From assembly GCA_030704845.1 (NCBI GenBank), contig JAUYKZ010000001.1:621-64620 (forward strand): 64,000 nucleotides of DNA. The letters run 5' to 3'. Source of the stretch: an archaeon (lineage in GTDB: Archaea; Nanobdellota; Nanobdellia; Woesearchaeales; GW2011-AR9). Below the pieces are notes generated by a model. It was not told where the DNA came from. It made no database searches and saw nothing but the letters and a program-made list of their open reading frames with translations. Made by a program: the position numbers and the translations under genes. Shown one piece after another: positions 46,337 to 56,609 of the stretch (its first letter is position 1; the number at the start of each line of letters is the position of its first letter).

Positions 46337-46903
46337 ATGACGCCGGATAATAAAGATCAATATGATGATACAGAACTATTTCGTAGATTTGCTTTATTTG
46401 GTGTATCAACCAAAGGAGAACACTTTGATACACAAATATCTAGAATTGAAGAAATTTGTAATGTTGATGGCAATGTCGTTATGCTTGAACTAGCACCAAA
46501 TTATGAGCAATGTGTTCATGAGGGTTTACTAAAACCGAATACATATCTGAAGATAGCAGATCGTTGGAAAGAGCGATGTTCTAAAATAATCGCAGGAGAT
46601 CAAGAATTAACTATCCCAGAAAATCCAGATTGGTTGGTAAGTCTTGTAATGGGTGAGAGTTACTTTTATCCAGATTGGAATCGTGAGGAAATTATGAGAG
46701 CAAATATTGTAAAAGAAAAACCAGATATTGTTATAGTAGGAAATGGAAACTCAGATCTGATTAAAGACCATTTTCCGCACGCATATTATATTGTATTTGA
46801 AATAAATGGGAGATATTCTGCAAGTTCAACAGGCCATAACAGAGGAATTCATAGATGGCATAATCCGAACAAAATAATTACATTACCTAGTAGAGAAGAA
46901 TAA
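46337..46903 (+). CDS. Hypothetical protein
   Basis: 188-aa ORF with no confident family. Confidence 0.6.
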   Translation: MTPDNKDQYDDTELFRRFALFGVSTKGEHFDTQISRIEEICNVDGNVVMLELAPNYEQCVHEGLLKPNTYLKIADRWKERCSKIIAGDQELTIPENPDWLVSLVMGESYFYPDWNREEIMRANIVKEKPDIVIVGNGNSDLIKDHFPHAYYIVFEINGRYSASSTGHNRGIHRWHNPNKIITLPSREE

Positions 46904-47048
46904 TCAAAGGGGCATTTTTCTGATGTGGTTAGTTTAACTATTGTAGTTCGTTGTACAGTAATAGAAAAACGTTGATCTAGTAGCATTAATTGCCCAAAAC
47001 CCGAAACCTTAAAATACCCAGTTCATATTAAATCGGTGGAGGTAAAAT

Positions 47049-47441
47049 ATGGCATTTGAATTTTTAGTTTTAATAGGAAGAATACTTTTTGGCGGTTTTT
47101 TTATAAATAGTGGGATAAATCATCTTACAAAAAGAGAAGGTATGGCTCAATACGCACAATCAAAAGGTGTTCCGGCAGCAAAATTTTTTGTGGTTGTTTC
47201 TGGATTGATGATTCTTTTGGCTGGATTATATATCGTTTTTGGAGTATGGCCGCAGGTTGGCGTATTATTAATTGCAGCATTTCTTCTACCAGTATCTTTA
47301 GTGATGCATAACTTTTGGTCAATAAAAGATCCTCAACAAAAAATGACTGAAATGATTAGCTTCATGAAGAATATGGCTTTGCTTGGAGCTGCATTAATGT
47401 TTCTAGGAATAGCTACGCCTTGGGCTTTTAGTTTATTTTAA
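47049..47441 (+). CDS. DoxX family membrane protein
   Basis: GRILFGGFFINSG, HNFW and FMKNMALLG. Confidence 0.9.
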   Translation: MAFEFLVLIGRILFGGFFINSGINHLTKREGMAQYAQSKGVPAAKFFVVVSGLMILLAGLYIVFGVWPQVGVLLIAAFLLPVSLVMHNFWSIKDPQQKMTEMISFMKNMALLGAALMFLGIATPWAFSLF

Positions 47442-47955
47442 CACTATAACTAAGCCCATCTTTTATTTTTATTATTTTTGTTTTTAATTTTGAATTGTTT
47501 AAGATAGCTTCTTTAAAATCTTGACATCCTTCAGCAGAAATATTATCTGCGATTATTACCCCGCCTTTCTTCGATAATCTTAAACAATCATCTAGAATTT
47601 TTAAATAACCGTTTTTATAGAAATCGATAAAAATAAAATCAAAATAATTGGTTGGTAAGGATTTAACGACTTCGACACCATCTCCGGTGATAATCTTTCC
47701 ATCGATTGAAAATTTAGTATAATTAATGATGGCTTCTTCAACAATTTTAATGTTTATATCAATTGTAATCAATTCTCCGCCTTCGCTGCCAAGAATTATG
47801 CCACTATATCCATTTGCAGTTCCTAATTCTAAGATTGTTTTAGGTTGATGTTCTTTTACTTTTTGTAAAAGCCATTCTCCTTTCTCTTTTCCAATGATAG
47901 GAATGCCTCTACGTTTACTTTCTTCTTCAAGGTCATCCATCATTTTCCAGTTCAT
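47428..47955 (-). CDS. SAM-dependent O-methyltransferase
   Basis: LELGTANGYS, FDFIFID and GGVIIADN. Confidence 0.88.
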   Translation of the reverse strand: MNWKMMDDLEEESKRRGIPIIGKEKGEWLLQKVKEHQPKTILELGTANGYSGIILGSEGGELITIDINIKIVEEAIINYTKFSIDGKIITGDGVEVVKSLPTNYFDFIFIDFYKNGYLKILDDCLRLSKKGGVIIADNISAEGCQDFKEAILNNSKLKTKIIKIKDGLSYSVKIN

Positions 47956-47966
47956 TGTTAATAACT

Positions 47967-48059
47967 TATACTAAAGTGCCAAAGCTTTCGAACTTATTTT
48001 TGGCACTTTATATATATAAAATGCGTTAATATATTCGAAATCTAACGCATTTTAGTATA
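47967..48059. repeat. Intergenic tandem hairpin element
   Basis: TAAAGTGCCAAA/TTTGGCACTTTA and TAAAATGCGTTA/TAACGCATTTTA, with TTCGAA in both loops. Confidence 0.65.
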
Positions 48060-48132
48060 TTTTGCAACCTAATGCGAATGATCTCTAAATAGGTAGATTT
48101 ATTAAAAAACTTGCTTTAATTTATTATGAATT

Positions 48133-48384
48133 ATGGGCATACTTAAAACTCTTGGCAAAAACCTTCTAGTGATATTAATCGGTGGGTTAACTGGCGGAAT
48201 TATTTCAATTCCTTTTGCTATCGTCTGGATGAAAAGTATCGGCCCTCAAGTTGGTTTAGGAATTATCGCTTTATTACCAATAATTTTGATTCTTTATTTT
48301 ATTATAGGAGCTTTCATTGGTGCAGTTCTAGGATTATTTATCTACCATCTATTTATCAAACGAAAATCTAAAACCAAACGTTAG
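48133..48384 (+). CDS. Small membrane protein
   Basis: Hydrophobic GxxxG-rich helices and a basic tail. Confidence 0.6.
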   Translation: MGILKTLGKNLLVILIGGLTGGIISIPFAIVWMKSIGPQVGLGIIALLPIILILYFIIGAFIGAVLGLFIYHLFIKRKSKTKR

Positions 48385-48400
48385 AAAAACATAAATCAAA

Positions 48401-49540
48401 CTATTCACTTGCTTCTTGTTTTTCTAACCACTTCTGTTTAAGAATTTTAAAAGTCTCTTCCGAGATAGAACTTCTAATATCTTCCATTAATTTACAATAA
48501 AAGTAAAGGTTGTGGTAAGTCATTAATGAATAAAATAATAATTCTTTTACTTTATAGAGATGATGAATATATCCTTTTGAATAATTCTTACAGACGAAAC
48601 AGGAACAATTTGGATCTAATGATGAATTATCCTCTTTAAATTGCGAATTACCAATTCTCACTCTAAACTTGTTATCGACATTTCCGCCAGATTCTGGTCT
48701 AACAAAAAAGTAACCCAATCTAGCTAGTCGTGTTGGAAGAACACAATCAAATGTATCCGCGCCGCATTCAACATAATCAAAAATATCTTCCACGCTACCT
48801 ATCCCTAACATGTGTTTAGGTTTATCTTCTGGAAGAAATGTCATGGTATGTTTAACTATCCCATGAATCTCTTTGGTAGGATCACCAAATATTCCGCCAA
48901 TACCATAGCCGGGGAAGGGGAGAGAAGCGATAAATTTGGCTGATTCTTCTCTAAGATCTTTAAATCTACCTCCTTGAACGATTCCAAAGAGTGCTTGATT
49001 TGAATTGCTTTTTTGATGTTCTTTTAAACATCTTAATGTCCATTGATGAGTTCTTCCCATGGCTTCTTTTGTTCTTTCAAGACTGTCATTAAAATGGACG
49101 CATTCGTCAAAAGTGAAAATGATATCTGCTCCGATATTCTGCTGAATTTGCATAGATTTTTCCGGAGTAAACCTGTGAGAAGAGTTGTCAATGTAAGATT
49201 TGAAATCAACTCCTTCGTCATCTGTCTTTGAAAGTCGACCGTTTAAACTGAATACTTGAAATCCTCCGCTGTCGGTAAATGTCGTTCCATCCCATGCCAT
49301 GAATGAATTTAATCCTCCTAATTTAGAAATAATTTCATCTCCTGGTTTAAGATAAAGATGATAAGTATTCGCTAAAGTTGCTTCGTATCCAATTTCTTTT
49401 AATTGTTGTGCAGATAATCCTTTGATAGCTGCTCGTGTTGCAACCGGAATAAAAGCTGGCGTTTTAAGATTACCATGGGCGGTTGTAATTATACCACATC
49501 TAGCCAGGCCGTCTTTGTGAATTATTTGAAAGGATAGCAT
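48401..49540 (-). CDS. tgt: Queuine tRNA-ribosyltransferase (bacterial-type TGT)
   Basis: NTYHL, TDSGGFQVFSL, GIVQGG, FDCVLPTR and CxCxxC...H. No C-terminal PUA domain. Confidence 0.93.
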   Translation of the reverse strand: MLSFQIIHKDGLARCGIITTAHGNLKTPAFIPVATRAAIKGLSAQQLKEIGYEATLANTYHLYLKPGDEIISKLGGLNSFMAWDGTTFTDSGGFQVFSLNGRLSKTDDEGVDFKSYIDNSSHRFTPEKSMQIQQNIGADIIFTFDECVHFNDSLERTKEAMGRTHQWTLRCLKEHQKSNSNQALFGIVQGGRFKDLREESAKFIASLPFPGYGIGGIFGDPTKEIHGIVKHTMTFLPEDKPKHMLGIGSVEDIFDYVECGADTFDCVLPTRLARLGYFFVRPESGGNVDNKFRVRIGNSQFKEDNSSLDPNCSCFVCKNYSKGYIHHLYKVKELLFYSLMTYHNLYFYCKLMEDIRSSISEETFKILKQKWLEKQEASE

Positions 49541-49545
49541 TTTTG

Positions 49546-50205
49546 TTATATCCGTTTATACCAATTACCATCATCACTTTCCACAAATCCCATCTGTTTA
49601 GCAATCTGGTCATATCGCTCAAAAAGTCTTAAACTAGAGGTTTTAGACTTCCATTCGTTGTTAACTGATCCTTGAATGCCAAGACATTTTGTTCTTAAAT
49701 TTTTAGCAATATACTCAACGCTTTTTACAAGAAGTTCTTCCCATTTTAATGGAGCTAATCCCCTGGAGTGAAAACATTTACTTTTATCGCTGTGTCTAAT
49801 CCTAGCTTGGATACCTTGAATTTGAGTAATCATCAACGTATCAACCGCGGGACATTTTATCCCGGTAATGGCTTCTGGCCAACCTTTGTACAATAAAGCA
49901 ATCCCAACCGGTGCATCAAGATAAATAACATTATTATAAGATCGACCATCTGGAAAGATTGTTCTTGACCAATAATCATCTCTTCCATGATCGAATTCTG
50001 CTCTTAACGGGGATAATTCATAATCACTTTTTCTTTTTTCAGAAAGTATTACTCCTTCCTTTGTAGAAGATTCTAATAGTTCTTCAAGAGGGATATGATT
50101 TAGTATCTTACTCCCAGAAACACTTCTTATTAGTCTCTCTTCCAATATTCGAACTTTTTTTTCTTTATCCCCAATTAATCTAATTAATTCTTTGATTATT
50201 CTCAT
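49546..50205 (-). CDS. Hypothetical protein, DUF535/VirK-like; tandem paralog B
   Basis: ITQIQG, HSRGLAPLKWEELLVK and RYD...GF...GNWY, shared with 50202-50861. Confidence 0.55.
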   Translation of the reverse strand: MRIIKELIRLIGDKEKKVRILEERLIRSVSGSKILNHIPLEELLESSTKEGVILSEKRKSDYELSPLRAEFDHGRDDYWSRTIFPDGRSYNNVIYLDAPVGIALLYKGWPEAITGIKCPAVDTLMITQIQGIQARIRHSDKSKCFHSRGLAPLKWEELLVKSVEYIAKNLRTKCLGIQGSVNNEWKSKTSSLRLFERYDQIAKQMGFVESDDGNWYKRI

Positions 50206-50861
50206 TGCAGTTCCTTATACCAATTACTATCTGTTTCTTTAATATATCCAATTTTTTCAGCCGTTTCATCATATCTTTTTTTAACATTAGATCTAAATTG
50301 ATTTGAACCAAAACACCACCCGTTATTAGTTGATCCTTGTATTAAAATTCTGGTATATCCCGCTTTCTTAGAAATTTCTTCCATTAATTTAACTAAAAGT
50401 TCTTCCCATTTTAATGGAGCTAACCCTCTTGAATGTTTATGGCCAACGATTTTGTAACCTTTCCTAATTTCGGCTTTTACTCCTTGGATTTGAATTATTT
50501 GAACCGCATCTTCTTCGTCAGATTCCACTGTTGAACAGATTACCGCATTTGGTAATCCTTTGTATAATAAAGCGAGACCACTACGACTGTCCAAATAAAT
50601 ATCGTATCCTAGATTTTCTTTGAATATTCTTTGTGACCAATAATCATCATGTCCACAATTTAAGTTAAATTTAGGTTTAACTAGTCCTATCTTATAATCT
50701 TTTAATCTTTTATCAGAAAGCTTAACATTTTCAAGAGCTGAATCCTTAAGAAGTTTTTCAAGGTCTATGGTATGGTGTAATTTACCAACTACTTCTTGTA
50801 GTCTTCTATCTGGGTCCAATTTAATTCTCGAAATTGAGGGAATTAAGTCTTCTGTTTCCAT
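50202..50861 (-). CDS. Hypothetical protein, DUF535/VirK-like; tandem paralog A
   Basis: IIQIQG, HSRGLAPLKWEELLVK and RYD...GY...NWY. Confidence 0.55.
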   Translation of the reverse strand: METEDLIPSISRIKLDPDRRLQEVVGKLHHTIDLEKLLKDSALENVKLSDKRLKDYKIGLVKPKFNLNCGHDDYWSQRIFKENLGYDIYLDSRSGLALLYKGLPNAVICSTVESDEEDAVQIIQIQGVKAEIRKGYKIVGHKHSRGLAPLKWEELLVKLMEEISKKAGYTRILIQGSTNNGWCFGSNQFRSNVKKRYDETAEKIGYIKETDSNWYKELQ

Positions 50862-51199
50862 AATGCCCTTTTTTACTTTTTTCTTTATAAATTTTCATGC
50901 TCAAAATGTTAAAAGAAAACCTTTAATAATATCCTTTCTTTACTAATAAAAAAGAGGTATAACAAAACATTTTTAAGCTGAATTGTTTTTATTGCCAATT
51001 CTAAGGAAAATGTATTCGAATTATATCCTTATATCCAATCGTATATAACTTGGAGGAGTGGTTTTTATCGTAAGCAATAACAAAGAATGTCGAAAAATTT
51101 TATTTTTGTATTGAAAAAGAATATCTCTTTGTTTCTTCTAAATCCAACTCTCAACCAAAAGCAAGTTTGTTTCTTAAATAAATTCGAGGTAAAATAGCA

Positions 51200-51751
51200 A
51201 TGAATGTTAATAATCGTAAGTCTAAAGTGGTTATTGGATGTCGTATTCCAAAAGATTTCTTCATCACTGAAGGTGTTGGCGAAAGCAACATTACAATTCA
51301 TGCGGGTTCTTATCATCTTGCTTTAAAGAATGCGGGGATAGAAATGTGTAATATTATGACTTATTCTTCAATTCTTCCTAGCATTGCTAATGAGATTAAA
51401 CGACCTTCAAAATTGGTTCACGGTTCAGTCATGGAAACGATAATGGCTACAACAAATTCTAAAAAAGGTCAACTAGCAACGGTAGGAATCATTTTTGGAT
51501 GGTTGTATAACAAAAAAAATGGTAAAAAATACGGTGGTCTTGTTTGCGAATATAATGGACATATTGCGGAATCATTAGCTAGAAAACAATTAGCTGAAAG
51601 TATTCAAGAATTGTATACTAACGGTTTCTCTAAAGATTTTGATTTAAAAGAGATTAAAACAATCTCCGAAAGTTTCATCCCAAAAAAGAAATTTGGTACG
51701 GCTATAGTTGCTCTTTGTTTTACTAATTATGTGGTGCCTTTATTGAAATAA
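51200..51751 (+). CDS. pdaD: Pyruvoyl-dependent arginine decarboxylase
   Basis: IPKDFFITEGVG and the self-cleavage motif ALKNAGIEMCNIMTYSSILP. Confidence 0.88.
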   Translation: MNVNNRKSKVVIGCRIPKDFFITEGVGESNITIHAGSYHLALKNAGIEMCNIMTYSSILPSIANEIKRPSKLVHGSVMETIMATTNSKKGQLATVGIIFGWLYNKKNGKKYGGLVCEYNGHIAESLARKQLAESIQELYTNGFSKDFDLKEIKTISESFIPKKKFGTAIVALCFTNYVVPLLK

Positions 51752-51895
51752 TCAAAATTCATTATTTTTTTAATTTATTACATTAATTAAATAATACCTT
51801 TCGTAATCATTTTTCGGTAGTAAATCATCCAAAAGGTTTATAAATCATAAACCCAATTTGCTTCTATACAAATTAAAATTTAAGAGTTAGCAAAA

Positions 51896-52387
51896 ATGAC
51901 AATTGACGAAAATGTTTTGGAACAACTTTCAGTTGCTAGAACTTTTGCTGAAAGAGGAAATGTCTCATCAATGGACTGTGTTCTTAATTATGTAAGAGCC
52001 TGTTCTAAAAGAACCGGCGAAAATTTGTCTAATGAAGTAAAAGAAATTGAAAAAGCGGGGTATAGGGCAGCTATTCCTATTGAACTTTTGATTGCTAGAT
52101 ATCATGCAGAAACTGGCGAGATTGAAATTGCAGAACAGATTCTTTCTCTTGTAAAAGTATATGCTAACAGAACTGGTGAAGACGTTTCTGATGATATCAA
52201 AGAAATTGAGAAATCTGGATATATTGCGGCAATTCCGGTAGAACTTTCGGTTGCAAGATATCATGCTTTGGATGGTAATTCTCCCGCTGCAGAGAATTTC
52301 ATATCTTATGCAATGCGATATGCTAGGAAAGCAGGACAAGATATTTCTGAGATGGTTGCCGAAATTAGGGCATTGATTAAAAAATAA
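51896..52387 (+). CDS. Helical repeat protein (three ~50-aa repeats)
   Basis: The unit (E/Q)L.(V/I)AR..A..G...A.R(T)G(E/Q)D.S..(V/I).EI occurs three times. Confidence 0.7.
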   Translation: MTIDENVLEQLSVARTFAERGNVSSMDCVLNYVRACSKRTGENLSNEVKEIEKAGYRAAIPIELLIARYHAETGEIEIAEQILSLVKVYANRTGEDVSDDIKEIEKSGYIAAIPVELSVARYHALDGNSPAAENFISYAMRYARKAGQDISEMVAEIRALIKK

Positions 52388-52468
52388 TTTATTCGGTTCA
52401 GTTAAAGGCAGTTTAAACTAAATCTTTAAATAATAGTTTTTTTTATTAAGTAAAAAGAGGTTTGTTTG

Positions 52469-53485
52469 ATGAAGAAAATAATTTACTTAATTTTAATAAT
52501 TTTTTTAATAAGTGGTTGTTCTAGACCATTAGAAAATGTTCCAACGAATGAACTTGTTCCATCAAACGAACAAATAATTCCCCCAGATTATTCTAATCAA
52601 TTACCAAGAGAAATGCCTGAATCTCCCGGACATGCGATTGTAGATGAACCTGAAGTAGTTCAATTAGTGTCAAAATGGAAAATTGGTGGATCGGCTATCC
52701 CCGGAAATTATGCTGATGCCGATATAATAAAATTAGATGATGGCAAATATCGTATGTATTATTCTCCCGAACCGGAAGTGCCTGGTTTCAAAGGACAAAT
52801 CTATTCAGCTTTATCTTCAGATGGGATAACTTGGAGTCAAGAAAGTGGCGAAAGAAAACAAGGAGCAACTTTTCCTTCGTTGATTAAGCTTTCAGATGGC
52901 AAATATAGAATGTATTTCCAAAGTCAAGGAGTTATAAATAGTGCATCTTCTTCAGATGGTTTAAATTGGAAAGACGATTCCGGAACAAGAATTGATACAC
53001 AAAATAATGTTGGATTAAATTTAGATAATGTTGCAGCTCCAACTGTGATAAAATTTGATAATCAATACTTGATGGTTTATCGAGGAACAATAAACGAAAA
53101 ATATCCTGGACAAGTTCCTAACAATAACATTCAATTACTTCTTTGGGCAGTTTCTAGTGATGGGCTGAAATTTGACAAAAAAGGAATAGCTCTTGATAGT
53201 AGAAATGATGAGTTTCAAGGATTACTGGACGGACCTGAACTTGTAACTTGGGATGATGGTTCTCTTAGTTTATATTTTTGGTCATATAAAGGGGTTTATC
53301 ATGTTCAATTTGAGAATGGCAAGTTCTCACAAACATCAGAATTTGACTTTACAACCTCTACTAATCCTCGCATGATCTTCCCAGAGAATCCTCCCGGAGA
53401 TCCTACTATAACTAGGATTGGAAATAAATGGTTCATGTATTATGGTCAGCATAAAGAAGGGATATTCTATGCTACAATTGGATAA
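52469..53485 (+). CDS. Putative lipoprotein with beta-propeller glycoside-hydrolase-like domain
   Basis: Lipobox LISGC, repeated IKL.DGKYRMY(Y/F), and Asp-box-like SSDGITW, SSDGLNW and SSDGLKF. Confidence 0.75.
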   Translation: MKKIIYLILIIFLISGCSRPLENVPTNELVPSNEQIIPPDYSNQLPREMPESPGHAIVDEPEVVQLVSKWKIGGSAIPGNYADADIIKLDDGKYRMYYSPEPEVPGFKGQIYSALSSDGITWSQESGERKQGATFPSLIKLSDGKYRMYFQSQGVINSASSSDGLNWKDDSGTRIDTQNNVGLNLDNVAAPTVIKFDNQYLMVYRGTINEKYPGQVPNNNIQLLLWAVSSDGLKFDKKGIALDSRNDEFQGLLDGPELVTWDDGSLSLYFWSYKGVYHVQFENGKFSQTSEFDFTTSTNPRMIFPENPPGDPTITRIGNKWFMYYGQHKEGIFYATIG

Positions 53486-53536
53486 GGATTCTGATGAATC
53501 ACAACTTTTTAATACCTTAGTCTTTATCTCAGTTTT

Positions 53537-54631
53537 ATGAAAGATTTCACAATATTATCAAGACTTGCAAATCTTCCAACGGCTCCTTTTTATGAAGATG
53601 CGGTGCGGGAAGAGATTGAAAAAATTTTTCTAAAACTATTTCCAAAAAAAGAAGTTCAATGGAAAACTGATAAATATCAAAATTTAATTGTTACTTATAA
53701 TGGAGGTTCCGAAAAGAAACTAGCTTACGTAGTACATATGGATCATCCAGCATTTCATATCATTAAAGGCAAAGCAAAAATGATGGGCGGACTTAATCCG
53801 AACATTCTTCCAGGAACTCCCATTATTCTTCATGGGAAAAACAAATCAGAAAGGGCGATTTTGGGTTCACTAGGGGAAGATGGATTATTCTCTTTAAACA
53901 TCTCTGCTAGTGGTTATGTTTTTGCAACGTTAGATTTGTCTCCGTTGACGGTTGAAAATAACATCATTCGAGCTCCGGTTTTAGACGATCTAGCTTCTGC
54001 AGCTATGTCCTTGGCAGCATTAAAAAATATTGTTGAAAAAAAACTTCCAATTACAATTTATATTGTTTTTCATCGAGCAGAAGAAGTTTCATTCCAAGGA
54101 GCTTATGGTGTTGCGTCACAATATATCTTTCCTAAAGAGACATTAGTTTATTCCGTTGAAACAAGTTCTCACCTTGCCGATGGGAAGGAAATTGCTAAAG
54201 TAGGGGCAGGAGTTGTTCTTAGGACTGGAGATGCCTTAACTCCTATGTATGAAGAGACAGCGCTAACTTTGCTTAGGAAAGCAAAAAAAACTTTCAAAGG
54301 CAAAATTCAAGAAGTTCTAATGAATGCTGGAAGTTGTGAAGGATCGTTATATTATGCATTAGGTTATCGGGCAGCTGGAATTTGTTTGCCTTTAATTTCT
54401 TGGCATAATAACGGGGTGTTGGAAGGAAAAAATAGTGTTGTTCCAGAGGGTGTGCATAAGGATGATTTCCATGCAGGTACTGCTTATTTAATTCACGTCG
54501 CGGAAATTTTAGCTGATGATAATGTTCTTTATAAGAAACCATTAGAAGATAATTCAACAGAGAATCATAAGAAACTTGTTGAGTCTGTAAAGAAATCTTT
54601 TGAAAAATTTCATCAGGAAGGATTGATCTGA
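53537..54631 (+). CDS. M20/M28/M42-clan zinc peptidase
   Basis: HMDHP, LDD, RAEEV and C-terminal His motifs. Confidence 0.8.
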   Translation: MKDFTILSRLANLPTAPFYEDAVREEIEKIFLKLFPKKEVQWKTDKYQNLIVTYNGGSEKKLAYVVHMDHPAFHIIKGKAKMMGGLNPNILPGTPIILHGKNKSERAILGSLGEDGLFSLNISASGYVFATLDLSPLTVENNIIRAPVLDDLASAAMSLAALKNIVEKKLPITIYIVFHRAEEVSFQGAYGVASQYIFPKETLVYSVETSSHLADGKEIAKVGAGVVLRTGDALTPMYEETALTLLRKAKKTFKGKIQEVLMNAGSCEGSLYYALGYRAAGICLPLISWHNNGVLEGKNSVVPEGVHKDDFHAGTAYLIHVAEILADDNVLYKKPLEDNSTENHKKLVESVKKSFEKFHQEGLI

Positions 54632-54692
54632 TAAGTCCATTTTGTGATTAATCTAACTAAAGTTTTTATAAAATGAAGAAAACTTACTGTTT

Positions 54693-55700
54693 ATGTATAA
54701 ACTTAAACAAATCCCGGAAGACTTTTTGGTAACAGAAATAAGTTCTATTCCCCGCAGTGATAACGGAAGATATCATTATTATAAACTGAAGAAAAAGAAT
54801 AGAAATACAATAGATGCTGTTAAACAACTTGCTAAGACTTTAGGGATTAAAGAGAAACAAATCGGTTTTGCAGGTAACAAAGATAGAAATGCCGTGACAG
54901 AACAAATAATTTCGATAATTGGGGTAAATAAAGAAAAAATATCTAGCATAGCTCTCTCTGATATGTCTTTAGAATTCATTGGTTACGCTGATAAACCTAT
55001 CTCGCTAGGGGATTTGAATGGAAATGCTTTTGAAATCGTTGTAAGAAATCTTGATGATAATCAAATCACCAATAATCCCATCTCTTTCTGTGAAAATTAT
55101 TTTGATGAACAAAGATTTTCAAAGAATAATGTCGAGATAGGTAAGATGTTCCTTAAAAAGAATTTTGAAAAAGCTGTTGAGTTGATAGATCATCCTGTTT
55201 GTTTGAATCATTTAAAAAAATTTCCCAAAGATTTTGTTGGAGCAATAAGAAGAATACCCATTCGTTCATTAAGAATATATGTTAACGCTTATCAAAGCAT
55301 GTTATGGAATAAAACAGTTGTTTCTTATTTAGAAAGGCATTGTTCGGTTGTAAAGAAAGTACCTTATTCTCAGGGGGAACTTGTTTTTGTGAAAGATAAA
55401 ATAGATTTAAAAGTCCCGATTGTTGGTTTTGATAGTCGTTCGTTAGAATCTGGTGAGATTAAACAGATTATTGTAGATTTATTGAAAAAAGAAGAAATGG
55501 AATATTCAGATTTTCTAATAAAACAAATACCTCAGCTAAGTCTAGAAGGAGAGTTAAGGACTGTTTTCATTGATGTGAATAATTTCGTTTTAGGTAAATC
55601 AGAGGATGATGAATTAAATTTTGAGAAGAAAAAAATTAAGATTTCTTTTACTTTGCCGAAAGGCAGTTATGCTACAATGGTTGTTAAGAAAGTTTTTTAA
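54693..55700 (+). CDS. truD: tRNA pseudouridine(13) synthase
   Basis: PEDFLVTE, AGNKDRNAVTEQ, NYFDEQRF and LPKGSYAT. Confidence 0.94.
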   Translation: MYKLKQIPEDFLVTEISSIPRSDNGRYHYYKLKKKNRNTIDAVKQLAKTLGIKEKQIGFAGNKDRNAVTEQIISIIGVNKEKISSIALSDMSLEFIGYADKPISLGDLNGNAFEIVVRNLDDNQITNNPISFCENYFDEQRFSKNNVEIGKMFLKKNFEKAVELIDHPVCLNHLKKFPKDFVGAIRRIPIRSLRIYVNAYQSMLWNKTVVSYLERHCSVVKKVPYSQGELVFVKDKIDLKVPIVGFDSRSLESGEIKQIIVDLLKKEEMEYSDFLIKQIPQLSLEGELRTVFIDVNNFVLGKSEDDELNFEKKKIKISFTLPKGSYATMVVKKVF

Positions 55701-55768
55701 GGTGATTTTTATAATCTTTAATGGCGATTATTAGTAAAGTTTAAAAGCTTCTATCTCATTTTAAGAAC

Positions 55769-56542
55769 ATGCATACTCAATCAATTTACATTTTAGGTAG
55801 TGTGATCTTGGTATCTTTAATATCTTTAATTGGATTAATTTCTCTTTCAATGGATCGTAAATTTCTGAACAGAATCCTTTTAATTTTGGTTAGTATCTCT
55901 GCTGGAACTCTTTTTGGTGGTGCATTCTTACATCTGCTACCGGAAGCCGTGGAAATGGCGGGTGGATTTACGATTAATATCTCATTATATGTTTTAGGTG
56001 GGATTGTAGTATTCTTTATTCTAGAGAAAATAATTCATTTCCATCACCATCATCACGCTCATAATCATAAAGAATCTTTACTTCACGAACCACACCCACA
56101 TCATATTGGGGTAATGAATCTTATCGGCGATGGATTACACAACTTTCTTGATGGACTGATTATCGCGGGGGCATATTTTGTTAGTATTCCGGTGGGTATC
56201 GCTACTACTGTAGCAGTTATTTTCCATGAGATCCCTCAAGAATTAGCTGATTTTGGGGTTTTGTTATATGCTGGTTTCTCGAAAGGAAAAGCAATTGTTC
56301 TTAACCTTATTTCAGCTTTAGTTGCAGTGGTTGGAGCCTTAATTGGTATATTTTTTGGAGCATCTTCTCAACAATTTATTGCTGTCATTCTTCCTTTTGC
56401 TGCCGGCGGATTTTTATATATTGCTGGATCAAATTTAATCCCGGAACTGCATAAACATTGCAAGTTGAAAGAATCTTTTATTCATTTATTTGCGTTGCTT
56501 CTAGGGATAGGTATAACTGCGGGGTTGTTGTTCGTTAAATAA
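55769..56542 (+). CDS. ZIP family metal transporter
   Basis: HLLPEA, His-rich loop, HNFLDG and HEIPQE. Confidence 0.93.
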   Translation: MHTQSIYILGSVILVSLISLIGLISLSMDRKFLNRILLILVSISAGTLFGGAFLHLLPEAVEMAGGFTINISLYVLGGIVVFFILEKIIHFHHHHHAHNHKESLLHEPHPHHIGVMNLIGDGLHNFLDGLIIAGAYFVSIPVGIATTVAVIFHEIPQELADFGVLLYAGFSKGKAIVLNLISALVAVVGALIGIFFGASSQQFIAVILPFAAGGFLYIAGSNLIPELHKHCKLKESFIHLFALLLGIGITAGLLFVK

Positions 56543-56609
56543 TCTTGGGCAGGAATCTCTTTATTATTAGAAAAGCTTAATAAATGGGCTAGAAAACTAT
56601 AGTTTAGAT

